A stretch of 64,000 nucleotides of DNA from an uncultured Gemmataceae bacterium. Its GTDB lineage: Bacteria; Planctomycetota; Planctomycetia; Gemmatales; Gemmataceae. This document shows, in pieces, positions 1 to 11,289 of this stretch. The stretch spans positions 192,001-256,000 of the forward strand of contig CAVVPN010000011.1 of the NCBI GenBank assembly GCA_963750165.1, in the 5' to 3' direction. A program made the position numbers and the translations under genes. The notes under the pieces were generated by a model. It saw only the letters and a program-made list of their open reading frames with translations. It was not told where the DNA came from and did no database searches. Positions within the stretch are counted from its first letter, which is position 1; the number at the start of each line of letters is the position of its first letter.

Positions 1-532
1 CCTGGACCGCGGCCGCATGGTCTGCGACCTGAACGGCGTTCATGCCGGCCAGGAGATCGAGCTGTCGCGCGAGCACGTGGTGGTGCCGTTCGCCACGACG
101 CACACGATCCCGTCGCTGGGCTACGTGGTCTTCGAGCGCCGCAACAAGCTGAAGGAGGAGTACCACGGTCTGCGCGGCGACCAGATTCGCGACCTGCGGC
201 TGTCCGGCGTGGAGGTGACGCGCGAGGTGCGGACGCCACTGCTGGCGTACACCGGCGACACCAGCCCCGCCGGCCTGGACGGCTGTCCCGCGGCGTTCGA
301 GGCCAAAATCCTCATCACGGAATTGAGCTTCATCCGGCCGAACCACCGCCGCGAGAAGATCCACAAGTTCGGGCACATGCACCTGGATGATTTCGCCGAA
401 CGCGCGGATCGGTTCAAGAATGAACTCATCATCTGTGGTCACTTCAGCACGCGCTATCACCCAAATGAGGTGCGGCGCATCGAGGAGAAACTACCGCCGC
501 AGTTGCGCTCGCGGATCAAGTTGTGGATTTGA
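1..532 (+). CDS. Metallo-beta-lactamase-fold hydrolase, RNase Z-like (5' truncated by window)
   Basis: Motifs THTIPSLGY, AYTGDT, ILITE, GHMH, GHFSTRY typical of RNase Z/MBL C-terminal half. Confidence 0.75.
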   Translation, partial: LDRGRMVCDLNGVHAGQEIELSREHVVVPFATTHTIPSLGYVVFERRNKLKEEYHGLRGDQIRDLRLSGVEVTREVRTPLLAYTGDTSPAGLDGCPAAFEAKILITELSFIRPNHRREKIHKFGHMHLDDFAERADRFKNELIICGHFSTRYHPNEVRRIEEKLPPQLRSRIKLWI

Positions 533-922
533 GCTGGCGAACGTGGGGCAGGCTTTCCAGCCTGCTCCACGGGAAAAAAGTCGGGCCGGCCCAACCACGA
601 GGACGCTGCCAACCTCGCAGTCGAAACCGGCCCGGACAGCACCATGACCACATGGGTCAAGGGCGCCTTACCCCAAAGGAGACAGTCGAAAAACAACGAC
701 TCGCTAGAAGTCCGAAGACTCCTCTACCCCCCGGTATCGAATCGCGATTTTTGGGACCGTCGAGGCCCCCCTGCCATGTGTTCAACTATACGATGCGCCC
801 TGCGCGAAAATATTGTGAGGAATTATCATCTTTCCAACCTTCTGATCGCAAACCATTGCTACCATTGCACTAGCGACGCTGGAAAACCGCCGCACACCGC
901 GCAAGCGGATGCGGCGGTTTTC

Positions 923-982
923 GTAGCGGAAGTCGCCAGACTTCCGAGCAGCGCCGGACGGAAGTCTGGCGACTTCCGCTAC
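923..982. repeat. REP/REPIN-like inverted repeat
   Basis: Perfect 24-bp arms GTAGCGGAAGTCGCCAGACTTCCG (923-946) and reverse complement (959-982); begins GTAG. Confidence 0.8.
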
Positions 983-1280
983 CCAACCCGAGAACCGCTC
1001 CAGTGCTCCGTGGCAGGTTGCAACGGTCCTGGCAAAATTTACCGCGGGCGCCACCGGCAATTCTTACAAGCGTTCCGCGGCGTGTACGGCGTCCCGGACT
1101 GACCGGCTCTTCGCGAAAGTTGCTCCCAGGCCGCACGTTAGCACCGCGACGTGGCGAAAAGCGCTCGGCGTTTCTGGCTTGGCTCACGTTTTGCTGTAGA
1201 CTTGCGTCAGACATCTCAACGCCGCCGTCCCGGCTGCTCATCGGATGCCAATCTTTCGACGCATCTTCCAGGAGGCTATC

Positions 1281-2450
1281 ATGGCCTTGCGCCGTCTCCA
1301 CGCGCTCGCATTCGCGCTCGTCGCCGTCATCGCTTCGACCGGCGCTTACGTACGGACCCCCAATTTCCTGGTGGACGCCCCGACACCGGAGATCGCTCAG
1401 AAGGTCGGGCAGCTCGCCGAGCAGTACCGCCGCGAAAAGGCCCTCTTGTGGCTCGGCCAAGAGATGCCGACATGGGCGCGGCCGTGCCCGTTGAAGGTAA
1501 CAGTCTGCCCAGAGGGGCCGAGCGGAGCGACATCGTTCATGTTCGGGCCGGGCGGCGTCACCAGCCAGCAGATGGAAATCAAGGGGCCGCTGGAACGGCT
1601 GCTGAACAGCGTGTTGCCGCACGAGATCACGCACACGGTGTTCGCGTACTACTTCCGCCGGCCGGTGCCGCGCTGGGCCGACGAGGGCGGCTCGGTGCTA
1701 TCCGAGGACGACCTGGAGCGCGACCGTCACGACAAACTGGTGCGGAGTATCCTGAACCACCGCGGCCAGTTCCCGCTGCGGACGCTGTTCAGCATCGAGA
1801 AGTACCCGAACGACCACGAGCGCGTGATGTGCCTGTACGCTCAGGGCTTTTCGGTGTCGCACTACCTGGTCCACGTCAGCGACCGCCGGACGTTCCTGGG
1901 GTTCGTGGCCATGGGCATGAACGGCGACTGGGACGGGGCGTGTCGGAAGTATTACGGCCTGCGCGGCGTGGAGGACCTGGAGGCGACGTGGCTGAAGCAC
2001 CTGCGCGACACCAAGGGCATCACGCCGACGCAGCTGGCGCAGATGAAGGCGAACGGCCAGACGCCCGGCACGCTGACCGCGAGCAACGGTCAGGTGGCGG
2101 CGATGCCGGCGACGGTCACGCGGCTGACGGCGCCGCCGGCGCAACCGCTGGCGCCGGTGCCGGTCATCCGCGCCCAGGCGCCGGAGGATGGCCAGCCGGT
2201 GCAGAAGTTCGGCGACCCGCGGCCGGGCCAGCAGCCGTACTTCATGCCGCCGAACCCGCCGTCGTTGCCGGCGCCGTCGCTGAGCCCGGCGCCGAGCACC
2301 TGGCAGGCGGGACAGGCGCAGCCGTATGTGCCGGTGCCGGTGCGGCTCGAGGCGCCGCGCTACGACCAGGGGATGCCGCAGTTCGTGCCGCAGGGCGGCA
2401 ATGGCGTCGCGCCGCAGGCGCCGGTGTCGCCGGTGGGCTTCCCGCAGTGA
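1281..2450 (+). CDS. Exported zincin-like metallopeptidase-domain protein with Pro-rich tail
   Basis: GGAGG before ATG 1281; signal peptide; VLPHEITHTV (HExxH) and PRWADEG. Confidence 0.7.
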   Translation: MALRRLHALAFALVAVIASTGAYVRTPNFLVDAPTPEIAQKVGQLAEQYRREKALLWLGQEMPTWARPCPLKVTVCPEGPSGATSFMFGPGGVTSQQMEIKGPLERLLNSVLPHEITHTVFAYYFRRPVPRWADEGGSVLSEDDLERDRHDKLVRSILNHRGQFPLRTLFSIEKYPNDHERVMCLYAQGFSVSHYLVHVSDRRTFLGFVAMGMNGDWDGACRKYYGLRGVEDLEATWLKHLRDTKGITPTQLAQMKANGQTPGTLTASNGQVAAMPATVTRLTAPPAQPLAPVPVIRAQAPEDGQPVQKFGDPRPGQQPYFMPPNPPSLPAPSLSPAPSTWQAGQAQPYVPVPVRLEAPRYDQGMPQFVPQGGNGVAPQAPVSPVGFPQ

Positions 2451-2728
2451 AGGCGGGCGGGGAATGAAGTTCGGCGACCCGCGGCCGGGCCAGCAGCCGT
2501 ACTTCATGCCGCCGAACCCGCCGTCGTTGCCGGCGCCGTCGCTGAGCCCGGCGCCGAGCACCTGGCAGGCGGGACAGGCGCAGCCGTATGTGCCGGTGCC
2601 GGTGCGGCTCGAGGCGCCGCGCTACGACCAGGGGATGCCGCAGTTCGTGCCGCAGGGCGGCAATGGCGTCGCGCCGCAGGCGCCGGTGTCGCCGGTGGGC
2701 TTCCCGCAGTGAAGGCGGGCGGGGAATG
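2204..2728. repeat. Exact tandem duplication, period 262 bp
   Basis: 2204-2466 repeated at 2466-2728, including the gene stop codon. Confidence 0.9.
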
Positions 2729-3076
2729 CGGGCGCACCCAGGAGTAACATGGCCACATGGCCACACGGTGCGCCTCCCACTCAGGGCGGGTTACCTGTGC
2801 CCTTGAAAGAAGAGCCAAGCCAACGGGATATGTCCCGATTGAAAAAGACGGTGCGTAATCCGGGCTAAGAGTTGCCAACCCGAACCAGTCGGCCGTGCCC
2901 TCCCCCGAACTCCGGCAACGTCTGCTGGAACATTTCAGCCCAGGAGTCTGCGATCTCGGAAATCCGCCGTCCACAGACGCGGGTGAATCCGATTGACACT
3001 TCATCGTGCCCACCCGGCGCCGCACTCCCTAGAATGAGACCAGTGGATCGCCATCACCCTTCGGAGGACCGCCGTC

Positions 3077-4134
3077 ATGGGCGTCGCACTTTCCTCGCTG
3101 ATCGCCTCGGGCACCAAGCTCTGGCTCGACTCCATCGACCCCGAGTTGGTCAAGCGCAACCGGCTCCTCGGCGCCACCGGCGCCACCTCCAACCCGATCA
3201 TCGTCGGCGACCTCATCAAGACTGGTCGCTTCGACAAGGATCTCATCGACCTCATCAACAAGGGCCAGAGCGATCACGACATCGCCTGGAGCCTGACCGA
3301 CCACCTCGTCAAGCAGGCGCAGGAGGTGTTCCTGTCCGTCTGGAAGGACACGCACGGCGACGACGGCTACGTCAGCTTCGAGCTGGACCCGCTGCTGGAA
3401 GACCCAGGCAACGGCCTGTCCGACGAGGAGAAGGCCAAGCGCTACATCGCCCTGGGCAAGCAGTGGAGCGCCGGCCACCTGAACCGCATGATTAAAATCC
3501 CGGCGACGGCCGCCGGTCTGCTGGCCATCGAGGATTTGTGCGCCGCGGGCGTCACGCTCAACGTGACGCTGACCTTCACGCCGCGGCAGTACACCGCCGC
3601 TCGCGACGCCATGTGGCGCGGCGCCCAGCGCCGCACGGACCGGTCGCAGTTCAAGTCGGTCTACAGCATCTTCGTCAGCCGCGTCGATGTCTACACCGAG
3701 CATCATTTGCCGCAGCTGTCGCCGCGGCGCAGGGCCAGGTCGGCATCGTCAACGCCAAGCGCATCTGGCAGATGAACCAGCGCTTCTGGGCCGACAAGCA
3801 TCTGCCGATCAAACAGGAAATCATCTTCGCCAGCACGGGCGTCAAGAAGAAGGACGACCCGCCGTGGAAGTACGTCGAGGCGTTCGCCGGCAGCGACATC
3901 GAGACCAATCCGCCGCTGACCAACGACGAGGTCGATGCGAGCGGCCGCACCATCACCAGCCACATCAACGAACTGCCGCCCGCGGACGTGCTCGCCGAGA
4001 TCGAGCACGCTGTTGATATGAAGCACCTTGAAGACACGCTCATGAGCGAGGGCATCAAGAAGTTCGCGGACCCGCAGAAGGCGCTGCTGAAGTTGATCGC
4101 GGAACAGCGGCAGAAATTGACGAAGGGGAAGTGA
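3077..4134 (+). CDS. tal: Transaldolase (one frameshift near 3725)
   Basis: [49 protein letters not shown] split over ORFs 3077-3775 and 3538-4134. Confidence 0.9.
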
Positions 4135-4225
4135 TCCACAGATGACGCAGCTGGCACAGATGGAAAACAGAATGACCCATTCAATCGTCTTTTTCTTATC
4201 TGTGCCAGCTGTGTCATCTGTGGAT
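4134..4225. repeat. Intergenic palindrome with 9-bp CACAGAT-type subrepeats
   Basis: 28-bp arms ATCCACAGATGACGCAGCTGGCACAGAT with one mismatch. Confidence 0.8.
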
Positions 4226-4254
4226 GAATCAACCCAACACGGGAGGTTCCTGTC

Positions 4255-5025
4255 ATGCGGCAGTTCACTCTCTCCGGCGGCCTGATCGCGGCCCTGCTCC
4301 TCGGCGCCTCAGCGGCCCGCGGCCAGGCGGTCGATCTGCCCCGCGACCCGAAAGCGGTAGTCATCACGCTGGACCACCAGGGCGGCGGCATGAAGCGCGC
4401 CGACCCCGAGCCGGTCCTGGCCATCCACGCCGACGGCAGCGTGGTCGTCGGCAACCCCTTCGCCATCGGCAAGCGCGTCGAGGCGAAAATCCCCGTCGCG
4501 GAAGTGCAGGCGCTGCTGCGCTACATCGTGCAGGAGCAGCACTTCTTCGACTTCGACGAGGCCAAGGCGAAGGCGGCCATCGCGGACGAGGTGAAGAAGA
4601 AGGGCATGGGCATCGGCGTCGGCGGCGCCAGCACGACCGTCATCCGCGTCAAGACCGCCGCGAAGGAGCACGAGGCGAAGTACTACGGCCTGGCCGCCTT
4701 CGCGCAGCATTACAAGGACATCAAGGCGCTGACTCAGCTGGCGGCGGTGGAGCGGCGGCTGCAGCGCGTGATGTACGAGTCGCTGGCCGGCGGCCCAAAC
4801 ACCATCGCCAAACTGCTGGCGGTGGCGAACGAGCGCCTGAAGAAGGACTACCCGGACGCGCGGCCGCTGACCACGGCGGACCTGGAGTTCGCCCGCTGGC
4901 ACGCGGGTGACTTGACCGTCCGCTTTTTCCGACGCGGCGAGCGGCCGGACCTGTTCGTCGCCGCCACCGTGATGCAGCCGGACCCGGGCGCGGCCAAGGC
5001 GACCGTCAAGGCCAAGCTCAAGTGA
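4255..5025 (+). CDS. Exported hypothetical protein (paralog 1)
   Basis: GGAGG RBS, signal peptide, GC-rich third positions; similar to next gene. Confidence 0.75.
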   Translation: MRQFTLSGGLIAALLLGASAARGQAVDLPRDPKAVVITLDHQGGGMKRADPEPVLAIHADGSVVVGNPFAIGKRVEAKIPVAEVQALLRYIVQEQHFFDFDEAKAKAAIADEVKKKGMGIGVGGASTTVIRVKTAAKEHEAKYYGLAAFAQHYKDIKALTQLAAVERRLQRVMYESLAGGPNTIAKLLAVANERLKKDYPDARPLTTADLEFARWHAGDLTVRFFRRGERPDLFVAATVMQPDPGAAKATVKAKLK

Positions 5026-5050
5026 CCGCGTCCCAAACACGGAGGTGATC

Positions 5051-5812
5051 ATGAGGCGCCGGACTCTTCTTGCCGTTGGATTGATCGCCGGGTGGTTTCT
5101 CAGCGCTGCCGTGGTGCGCGGCCAGGCGGTCCAGCTACCCCGCGATCCGAAAACGCCCATCATCATCCTGGACTTCCAGAGCGGCCCCAAGCGCGACGAC
5201 CCGGAGCCGGTGCTGGTCATTCACGCCGACGGTCGCGTGGTCGTCAGCACCGCCTACGGCAGAAGCAAGCGCGTCGAGACGACAATCCCCGTCGCGGAGG
5301 TCCAGGCGCTGCTGCGCTACATCGTCCAGGAACAAGCGTTCTTCGATTTTGACGAGGCGACGACGGCGGCCGTGAAGGAGGCGATGAGGGCGAAAGCCCT
5401 CGGTATCGTCCACAGTGCCACGACGGTCCTCCGCGTTAAAACCGCAACTCGGGAACACGCGGTCAGCTTCTACGCCCTGGCGGCCTCCGCCAAAAAGTAC
5501 CCGGACATTAAATCGCTGTCCCGGCTGGCCGCCGTAGTTCGGCGGCTGTCGCGGGTGAGGTGCGAGTCGCTCGCCGGTGGGTCGGACGCCGTCGCCAAAA
5601 TGCTCGCGCTGGTGAACGAGCATTTGAAACAGCAGTACCCGGATGCCCGTCCCTTGACGCCGGCGGACTTGCACTCCACCCACTGGATGGGGGAGACGAT
5701 GATCGTCCAGTTTCACCGAAACGGCGAGCGGCCCGACCTGTACGTCGCCGGCTCCGTGAAGCAGCGGCCCCAGGGCGAAGCTGAGGTAACCGTCGGCGCC
5801 CAACTCAAGTAA
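5051..5812 (+). CDS. Exported hypothetical protein (paralog 2)
   Basis: Shares [47 protein letters not shown] with paralog 1. Confidence 0.7.
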   Translation: MRRRTLLAVGLIAGWFLSAAVVRGQAVQLPRDPKTPIIILDFQSGPKRDDPEPVLVIHADGRVVVSTAYGRSKRVETTIPVAEVQALLRYIVQEQAFFDFDEATTAAVKEAMRAKALGIVHSATTVLRVKTATREHAVSFYALAASAKKYPDIKSLSRLAAVVRRLSRVRCESLAGGSDAVAKMLALVNEHLKQQYPDARPLTPADLHSTHWMGETMIVQFHRNGERPDLYVAGSVKQRPQGEAEVTVGAQLK

Positions 5813-7411
5813 CCCGCGGCCCGGCCGCGCGGACCTCCGGCGCCGCGCGGCCGGTGTACTTCTGAAAATTCCTGACGAACAGCGCCGCCAGCTGCCGCGC
5901 CCGCTTGTCGTAGTCCCCCCCGCTCGCCCACGCCAGCCGCGGTTGCAGCACCTCGTCCGGCACTCCCGGGCAGTGCCGCGGCACCAGCACGCCGAACACC
6001 GGGTCCGGCGCGAACGCCACGTCCCGCAGCGCCCCGCCCAGCACCGCCCGCAGCAGCGCTCGCGTGTGTGCCAGCTTGATCCGGCTGCCCTGGCCGTAGA
6101 CGCCGCCCGTCCAGCCCGTGTTCACCAGCCACACCTGCGCGCCGTACTTCAGCAGCTTTGCCCGCAGCAACTCCGCGTAGCGGGTCGGCTCCAGCGGCAG
6201 GAACGGCGCCGCGAAACAGGTGCTGAACGTCGCCTCCGGTTCCGTGACGCCCTTCTCGGTGCCGGCGATCTTCGCGGTGTAACCGAGCAGGAAATGGTAC
6301 AGCGCCTGCTCCGGCGTCAGCCGGCTGAGCGGCGGCAGCACGCCGAAACTGTCGCACGTCAGGAACAGCACGTTGGCCGGGTGACCGCCGCGGCCGGACT
6401 GCTCGGCGTTGTCGATGAAGTCCACCGGATAGGCGGCGCGCGTGTTCTCGGTGTAGTGCTCGCTGTCGTAGTCGGGGCGGCGCGTGTCGGGGTTGAGCGG
6501 CACGTTCTCCAGCACACAGCCGAAGCGGATCGCGTTCCAGATTTGCGGCTCGCCGCTGCGCGACAGGCGAATGGTCTTGGCGTAACAGCCGCCCTCGAAG
6601 TTGAAGACGCCCGCGTCGGACCAGCCGTGCTCGTCGTCGCCAATCAGTCGCCGCTCCGGGTCCGCCGACAGGGTGGTTTTGCCGGTGCCGGACAGGCCGA
6701 AGAACAGCGCCGTGTCGCCGGCGGCGCCGAGGTTGGCGGCACAGTGCATCGGCAGCACGCCGCGCTGCGGCAGCAGGTAATTCAGCAGCGAAAACACCGA
6801 CTTCTTGATTTCGCCAGCGTAGTGCGTGCCGCCGATCAGCACCATCGGCTGCTCCAGTTCCAGCACGATGAACACGTCACTGTGGGTGCCGTCCTCGGAC
6901 GGCGCGGCGTGCAGGTTGGGGCGCACAGGATCGTGCATTGCGGCGTGAAGGAAGCCAGTTCGGCGGCGCTGGGCCGCAGCAGCAGGCAGCGCGCGAACAG
7001 CGCGTGCCAGGCCAGCTCGGCGACGACGCGCACCGATAAGCGGTAGTCGGGGTCGGCGCCGGCGAAGCCGTCGAAGACGAACAGTTCGCGGTTCTGCAAG
7101 TAGGCGCGCATCAGGTGCGACAGGCGGCCGAACGCGGCCGGCTCTAGGGGGTGGTTGACGTTGCCCCAGTCGATCTGCTCCTGACTCGGCGGCTGCGCGA
7201 CGATGTAGCGGTCGCGCGGCGAACGGCCGGTGATGGCGCCGGTGTTGACGACAAGGGCGCCGTTGTCCGCCAGTTCGCCCTCGCTGCGGCGCAGCGCGTG
7301 CTCCACCAGCGCCGCCGGGGCGAGGTTGCGGTAAATCGTGCCCATGTAACGCAGGCCGTGCGCGCCGAGGTCGAACATGCGAGTCGTCCTTGCTGCGAAT
7401 GATGTGCCCAC
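5805..7411 (-). CDS. pckA: Phosphoenolpyruvate carboxykinase (ATP) (frameshift near 6925)
   Basis: [55 protein letters not shown]. Confidence 0.95.
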
Positions 7412-7443
7412 TTCCCGTCCAGTCCGGCGCTCCGTCCCGGATG

Positions 7444-7523
7444 GTCTGCCGCTTGCAGCTTAGCGCGCTGCATCCCTTCTGATGTCAGATGGGTTGCAGC
7501 GCGCTAAGCCGCAAGCGGCAGAC
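7444..7523. repeat. REPIN-like long inverted repeat
   Basis: GTCTGCCGCTTGCAGCTTAGCGCGCTGCA ... TGCAGCGCGCTAAGCCGCAAGCGGCAGAC. Confidence 0.75.
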
Positions 7524-7619
7524 AACCTGTATAATGCCACCACGAGCCCGGTCATGCAACATCCGTGGCCGGGCGGTCCCGAACCAACCCCGATGAAGTC
7601 CCCTCGACCGGGTGACCGC

Positions 7620-10205
7620 ATGCGCTGGCAATCGACCGAGTTCATCTTGAAGGGCATTTACCTGGGCCTGCTGGTCTTCGTCGGCCTGCAGTTGCAGGCG
7701 ACCGGCTGGTGGCAGGACATTGGCCGCGTGGCGGCGTGTACGTTCGGCGGTTTGGCCCTGTTCCTCAGCGGCGCGGCGGTGCACAAGCTGATCGACGGCT
7801 ACCGCATCCGCGGCCGGCTGGTGCCGTTCCTGCTGTTCCTGGTGCTGGAAAACCCCGCCCTGGTCTACGCCGGCGTGCTGCTCGGCATGGCCGGCGGCGC
7901 TTACTGGATCTGGAACGAGCACCCCACCGAGGACGCGCAGCAACAACTCTTCTGGGCGCTCGCCGGCGGCGCGGTGCTGGGCTACGGCTTCAACTCGCTG
8001 CGGCAGACGCAGACGAAGTTCCGCGTCTGGATGGGCCTGATCATGGCGGTCTGCCTGGTGGTGGCGGCCACCGCGGCGCTGAAAGAAGATCCCACGCTGG
8101 TACCGCCCGAGCACCGCCTGATGGCCGGCACCCTGTTGTTGCTCGGCTTGCCTTTGTTTTACCTGCTGACGCTGTGTGGCTACGCGGAGGAATCCGAGAT
8201 CGAGTTCGCGGCGCTCTGTACCGGCCTGTGCCTGGGCCTGGGACTGATCGCCGACCGGCTGTCGGCGATGGCGGCCGGCAGCCCGACCGCCGGCAGTTCG
8301 CAGAGCATCGCGTTGGGGGCGCCGCTGTTGCTGTACTTCGTCTACACCTGGCGGATCATGCCGGGGCTGCGCGTCTTCAAGTACGTGCTGCGCGGCGTCG
8401 GCTACGCCAACGCGGGCTACTGGCGGCAGGCGCTGGCGGCGCTGAACCGGGCGCTGCAGCTCGACCCACGTAACCAGATGGCTCGCGAGCAGATGTTTAG
8501 CATCCACCGCAACATGGACCTCAACCAGGTGGCCAACGATCCCGAGACATTGGCTCAGGTGAATTTCGAGTTTTGCATCGAGCGCGTCGGCTGGCTGCTG
8601 CTGCACTCGCCGCCGAGCGCCGAGCAGCTGGGCGAGGCGCAGCGGTTGCTCGACCTGGTGTCGAGTCAGCGGCCGGCGCTGCAACCGCGCTGCGACTACT
8701 GGCGAGCGGTGGCGTACCTGCACGAGCGGCGCTACGACGAGGCCGCAGCAAGCCTGGAAGCGGTGTTGACGGCGTCGGGTGGCCCCGCGGAGAACCCGCA
8801 GCGCTGGGTGGTGCTGATGCAGGCGTGGCAGCTGGCGATGCTGCTGCATCCGCGCATGGTCGAGCGCGTCGGCCTGACGATCATCGGCCAACCGGGGCGG
8901 CGCATGGAGGCGATTGCCGCGGTGGAGCGCTACCTGACGCAGACGGGAGCGAAGGCGCAGGCCGACCCGGCGGCGCCAAAGCCGCAGCCGCGGACGCTGC
9001 TACAGAAGCTCACGCAGAAGGTGCAGGAGCAGATCCCGCAGGCGCCCGTGGACGCCGGGGCCTGGAACCTGAAGCGGCTGCTGTACAACGACCTGCAAGG
9101 GGCGGATTACCGCACCGCCTGCGTGGACGGCAAGCCGCCGGAGTTCTTCGATCACGCCTACGCCCGGGAGCTGGGATTGGCCCATCTGCAACAGGACGAC
9201 ACCTGGAAACGCGGCGAGGAGTATCTGCGCATGGCGGCCCACGGTTTGCCGGCGGAGGGGGTGCGCTTGTTCGTGCAGCTGGCCCAGGCGTACGAGAAGG
9301 CGGGCAACATCGACGCGCTGTACGAGAATTACGAGCTGGCCAAGGCGGCGGGCCGGGCCGCGGGGCCGAAGACGCTCAAGACCGAGGACCGCCAGACGTA
9401 TTACGCGGTGGTCAAGGCGCTGGCGGAGGACGCCATCAACCGCGGCGACCTGGACGCGGCCCTGGAGAACTATCACCTCTACACCGAGTACGAGCGCGCC
9501 GGCGTGGAGACGTACCGCAGCCTGGCGAGGTTGTACGAGCAGAAGAAGGACGTCTGGGCCGCCCTGCGCTGCTGCGAGCAGGGCCTGCAGTACGACAAGA
9601 CCGACAAGGACCTGCTGGCGCGCAAGGATAGCTATTACTACTCGGTGACGGTCGAGCAGATGAAGGAGCGCTGGGAGAGCGTCAAGAACTGGTTCGACAT
9701 CCCGTACTGCATTCAGAAGGCGCGGTGGCTGCTGGACCGGCAGGGCGACCTGGACCTGCTGGACTGGGCGAGTCATTTGCTGGACCTGGCGCAGGCGGTG
9801 CAGCCGGAGAGCCTGGCGGTGAAGGTGCTGCGGGCGCGACTGCTGCGGCGGCGCGGTGAGGTCGAGAAGGCGGTGGCGCTGCTGGAAGAGGTGCGCACGG
9901 GCAAGCCGGAAAAGTTCCCGAGCACCGAGGAGGCGGAGGCGTGGTACGGCTGCTGCCGGCAGCTGGGCGAGCTGTATCTGAACGACAATCCGCAGCGGGC
10001 GATTGAGTGTCTGATGGACTTTTTGAAGAGCACGAAGAGCGGGGCGGACACGTACTACAAGCTGGGCGTGGCTCATGAGAACCTGGGCGATCACGTCAAG
10101 GCGGCGAAGTGGTACGAGCAGGTCACGGCTTACGAGAGCCACCCGCTGGCGCCGGATGCGCACGACCGGCTGTACCGCTTGCGGCAGGGGGCGCAACAGA
10201 CATAA
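7620..10205 (+). CDS. Multi-pass membrane protein with TPR-rich C-terminal region
   Basis: Several hydrophobic helices then TPR-like repeats ([23 protein letters not shown]); start uncertain. Confidence 0.8.
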   Translation: MRWQSTEFILKGIYLGLLVFVGLQLQATGWWQDIGRVAACTFGGLALFLSGAAVHKLIDGYRIRGRLVPFLLFLVLENPALVYAGVLLGMAGGAYWIWNEHPTEDAQQQLFWALAGGAVLGYGFNSLRQTQTKFRVWMGLIMAVCLVVAATAALKEDPTLVPPEHRLMAGTLLLLGLPLFYLLTLCGYAEESEIEFAALCTGLCLGLGLIADRLSAMAAGSPTAGSSQSIALGAPLLLYFVYTWRIMPGLRVFKYVLRGVGYANAGYWRQALAALNRALQLDPRNQMAREQMFSIHRNMDLNQVANDPETLAQVNFEFCIERVGWLLLHSPPSAEQLGEAQRLLDLVSSQRPALQPRCDYWRAVAYLHERRYDEAAASLEAVLTASGGPAENPQRWVVLMQAWQLAMLLHPRMVERVGLTIIGQPGRRMEAIAAVERYLTQTGAKAQADPAAPKPQPRTLLQKLTQKVQEQIPQAPVDAGAWNLKRLLYNDLQGADYRTACVDGKPPEFFDHAYARELGLAHLQQDDTWKRGEEYLRMAAHGLPAEGVRLFVQLAQAYEKAGNIDALYENYELAKAAGRAAGPKTLKTEDRQTYYAVVKALAEDAINRGDLDAALENYHLYTEYERAGVETYRSLARLYEQKKDVWAALRCCEQGLQYDKTDKDLLARKDSYYYSVTVEQMKERWESVKNWFDIPYCIQKARWLLDRQGDLDLLDWASHLLDLAQAVQPESLAVKVLRARLLRRRGEVEKAVALLEEVRTGKPEKFPSTEEAEAWYGCCRQLGELYLNDNPQRAIECLMDFLKSTKSGADTYYKLGVAHENLGDHVKAAKWYEQVTAYESHPLAPDAHDRLYRLRQGAQQT

Positions 10206-10319
10206 AAGGATTCACCACAAAGACACAAAGAACACAAAGAAGACCTTTTGGAATTGGAAAACCGATTTTCCCTGTTGTCTTTCCTTTGTGTTCTTTGTGT
10301 CTTTGTGGTGAATCCTTTT
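10204..10319. repeat. Intergenic palindrome with CACAAAG subrepeats
   Basis: Perfect 36-bp arms AAAAGGATTCACCACAAAGACACAAAGAACACAAAG. Confidence 0.85.
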
Positions 10320-10333
10320 CGATGGAGAATCTC

Positions 10334-11101
10334 ATGCACATTGCGGGCAGCACGATCCTGGTCAGCGGCGGTGGCTCCGGCCTGGGCGCGGCGTGCGTGC
10401 GGCTGCTGGCCGGTGCCGGCGCCAACGTCGCCATCGCGGACCTGAACGCCGACGCCAGCCAGCGCGTGGCCGCCGAACTGGGCGAGCGCGTGCGCTGCTT
10501 CCGTACCGACGTGACCGACGAGGCCGCCGTGCGCGCCGCGGTGCAGGGCACGCTGCAAGCGTTCGGAGCGCTGCACGGCTCGATCCAGTGCGCCGGCATC
10601 GGCCTGGCGGAACGGCTGCTCGGCAAGGACGGGCCGCATTCCGTGGCGTCGTTCGAGAAGGTCATCCGCGTCAACCTGGTCGGCACGTTCCAGGTGGTGC
10701 GCCTGGTCGCCGAGGCGTGCAGCCGCAATCCGCCGAACGCCGCCGGCGAACGCGGCGTGCTCATTAACACCGCATCGGTCGCCGCGTTCGAGGGCCAGAT
10801 CGGCCAGGTCGCGTACTCCGCATCGAAGGGGGCCATCGTGGCGATGACGCTGCCGCTGGCCCGCGAACTGGCGCGGCACGGCGTGCGTGTCGTGACCATC
10901 GCGCCGGGCATCTTCGACACGCCGCTGCTGGCGGGGCTGCGGGAGGCGGCGCGGGCGTCGTTGGGGCAGCAGGTGCCGTTCCCGTCGCGGCTCGGCCGGC
11001 CCGAGGAGTTCGCGGCATTGGCGAAACATATCATCGAGAATGAAATGCTCAACGGTGAGGTGATCCGCCTCGACGGGGCGCTGCGCATGGCACCGAAGTG
11101 A
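10334..11101 (+). CDS. SDR-family 3-hydroxyacyl-CoA dehydrogenase (HSD17B10-like)
   Basis: [43 protein letters not shown]. Confidence 0.9.
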   Translation: MHIAGSTILVSGGGSGLGAACVRLLAGAGANVAIADLNADASQRVAAELGERVRCFRTDVTDEAAVRAAVQGTLQAFGALHGSIQCAGIGLAERLLGKDGPHSVASFEKVIRVNLVGTFQVVRLVAEACSRNPPNAAGERGVLINTASVAAFEGQIGQVAYSASKGAIVAMTLPLARELARHGVRVVTIAPGIFDTPLLAGLREAARASLGQQVPFPSRLGRPEEFAALAKHIIENEMLNGEVIRLDGALRMAPK

Positions 11102-11133
11102 TTGCTTTCTGCCGCTCGCCGCTTAACCCGGAG

Positions 11134-11282
11134 GATTCACCACAGAGCACGCAGAGCGCGCGGAGAGAAGACCGAGGAATCGATCCACAGATGGTCACAG
11201 ATAAAAACATTTGAATTGGTCTTTATCTGAGTTCATCTGTGGATCCTCTTTGGTCTTTTCTCCGCGTGCTCCGCGGTGAATC
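11134..11282. repeat. Nested intergenic palindromes
   Basis: Outer GATTCACCACAGAG...GGTGAATC encloses inner GATCCACAGATG...CATCTGTGGATC (11182-11245). Confidence 0.75.
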
Positions 11283-11289
11283 ATCCGCG

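Noticed and set aside
560..880. Coding or ncRNA feature in the AT-richer gap
   Set aside because: No recognisable motif or convincing ORF.
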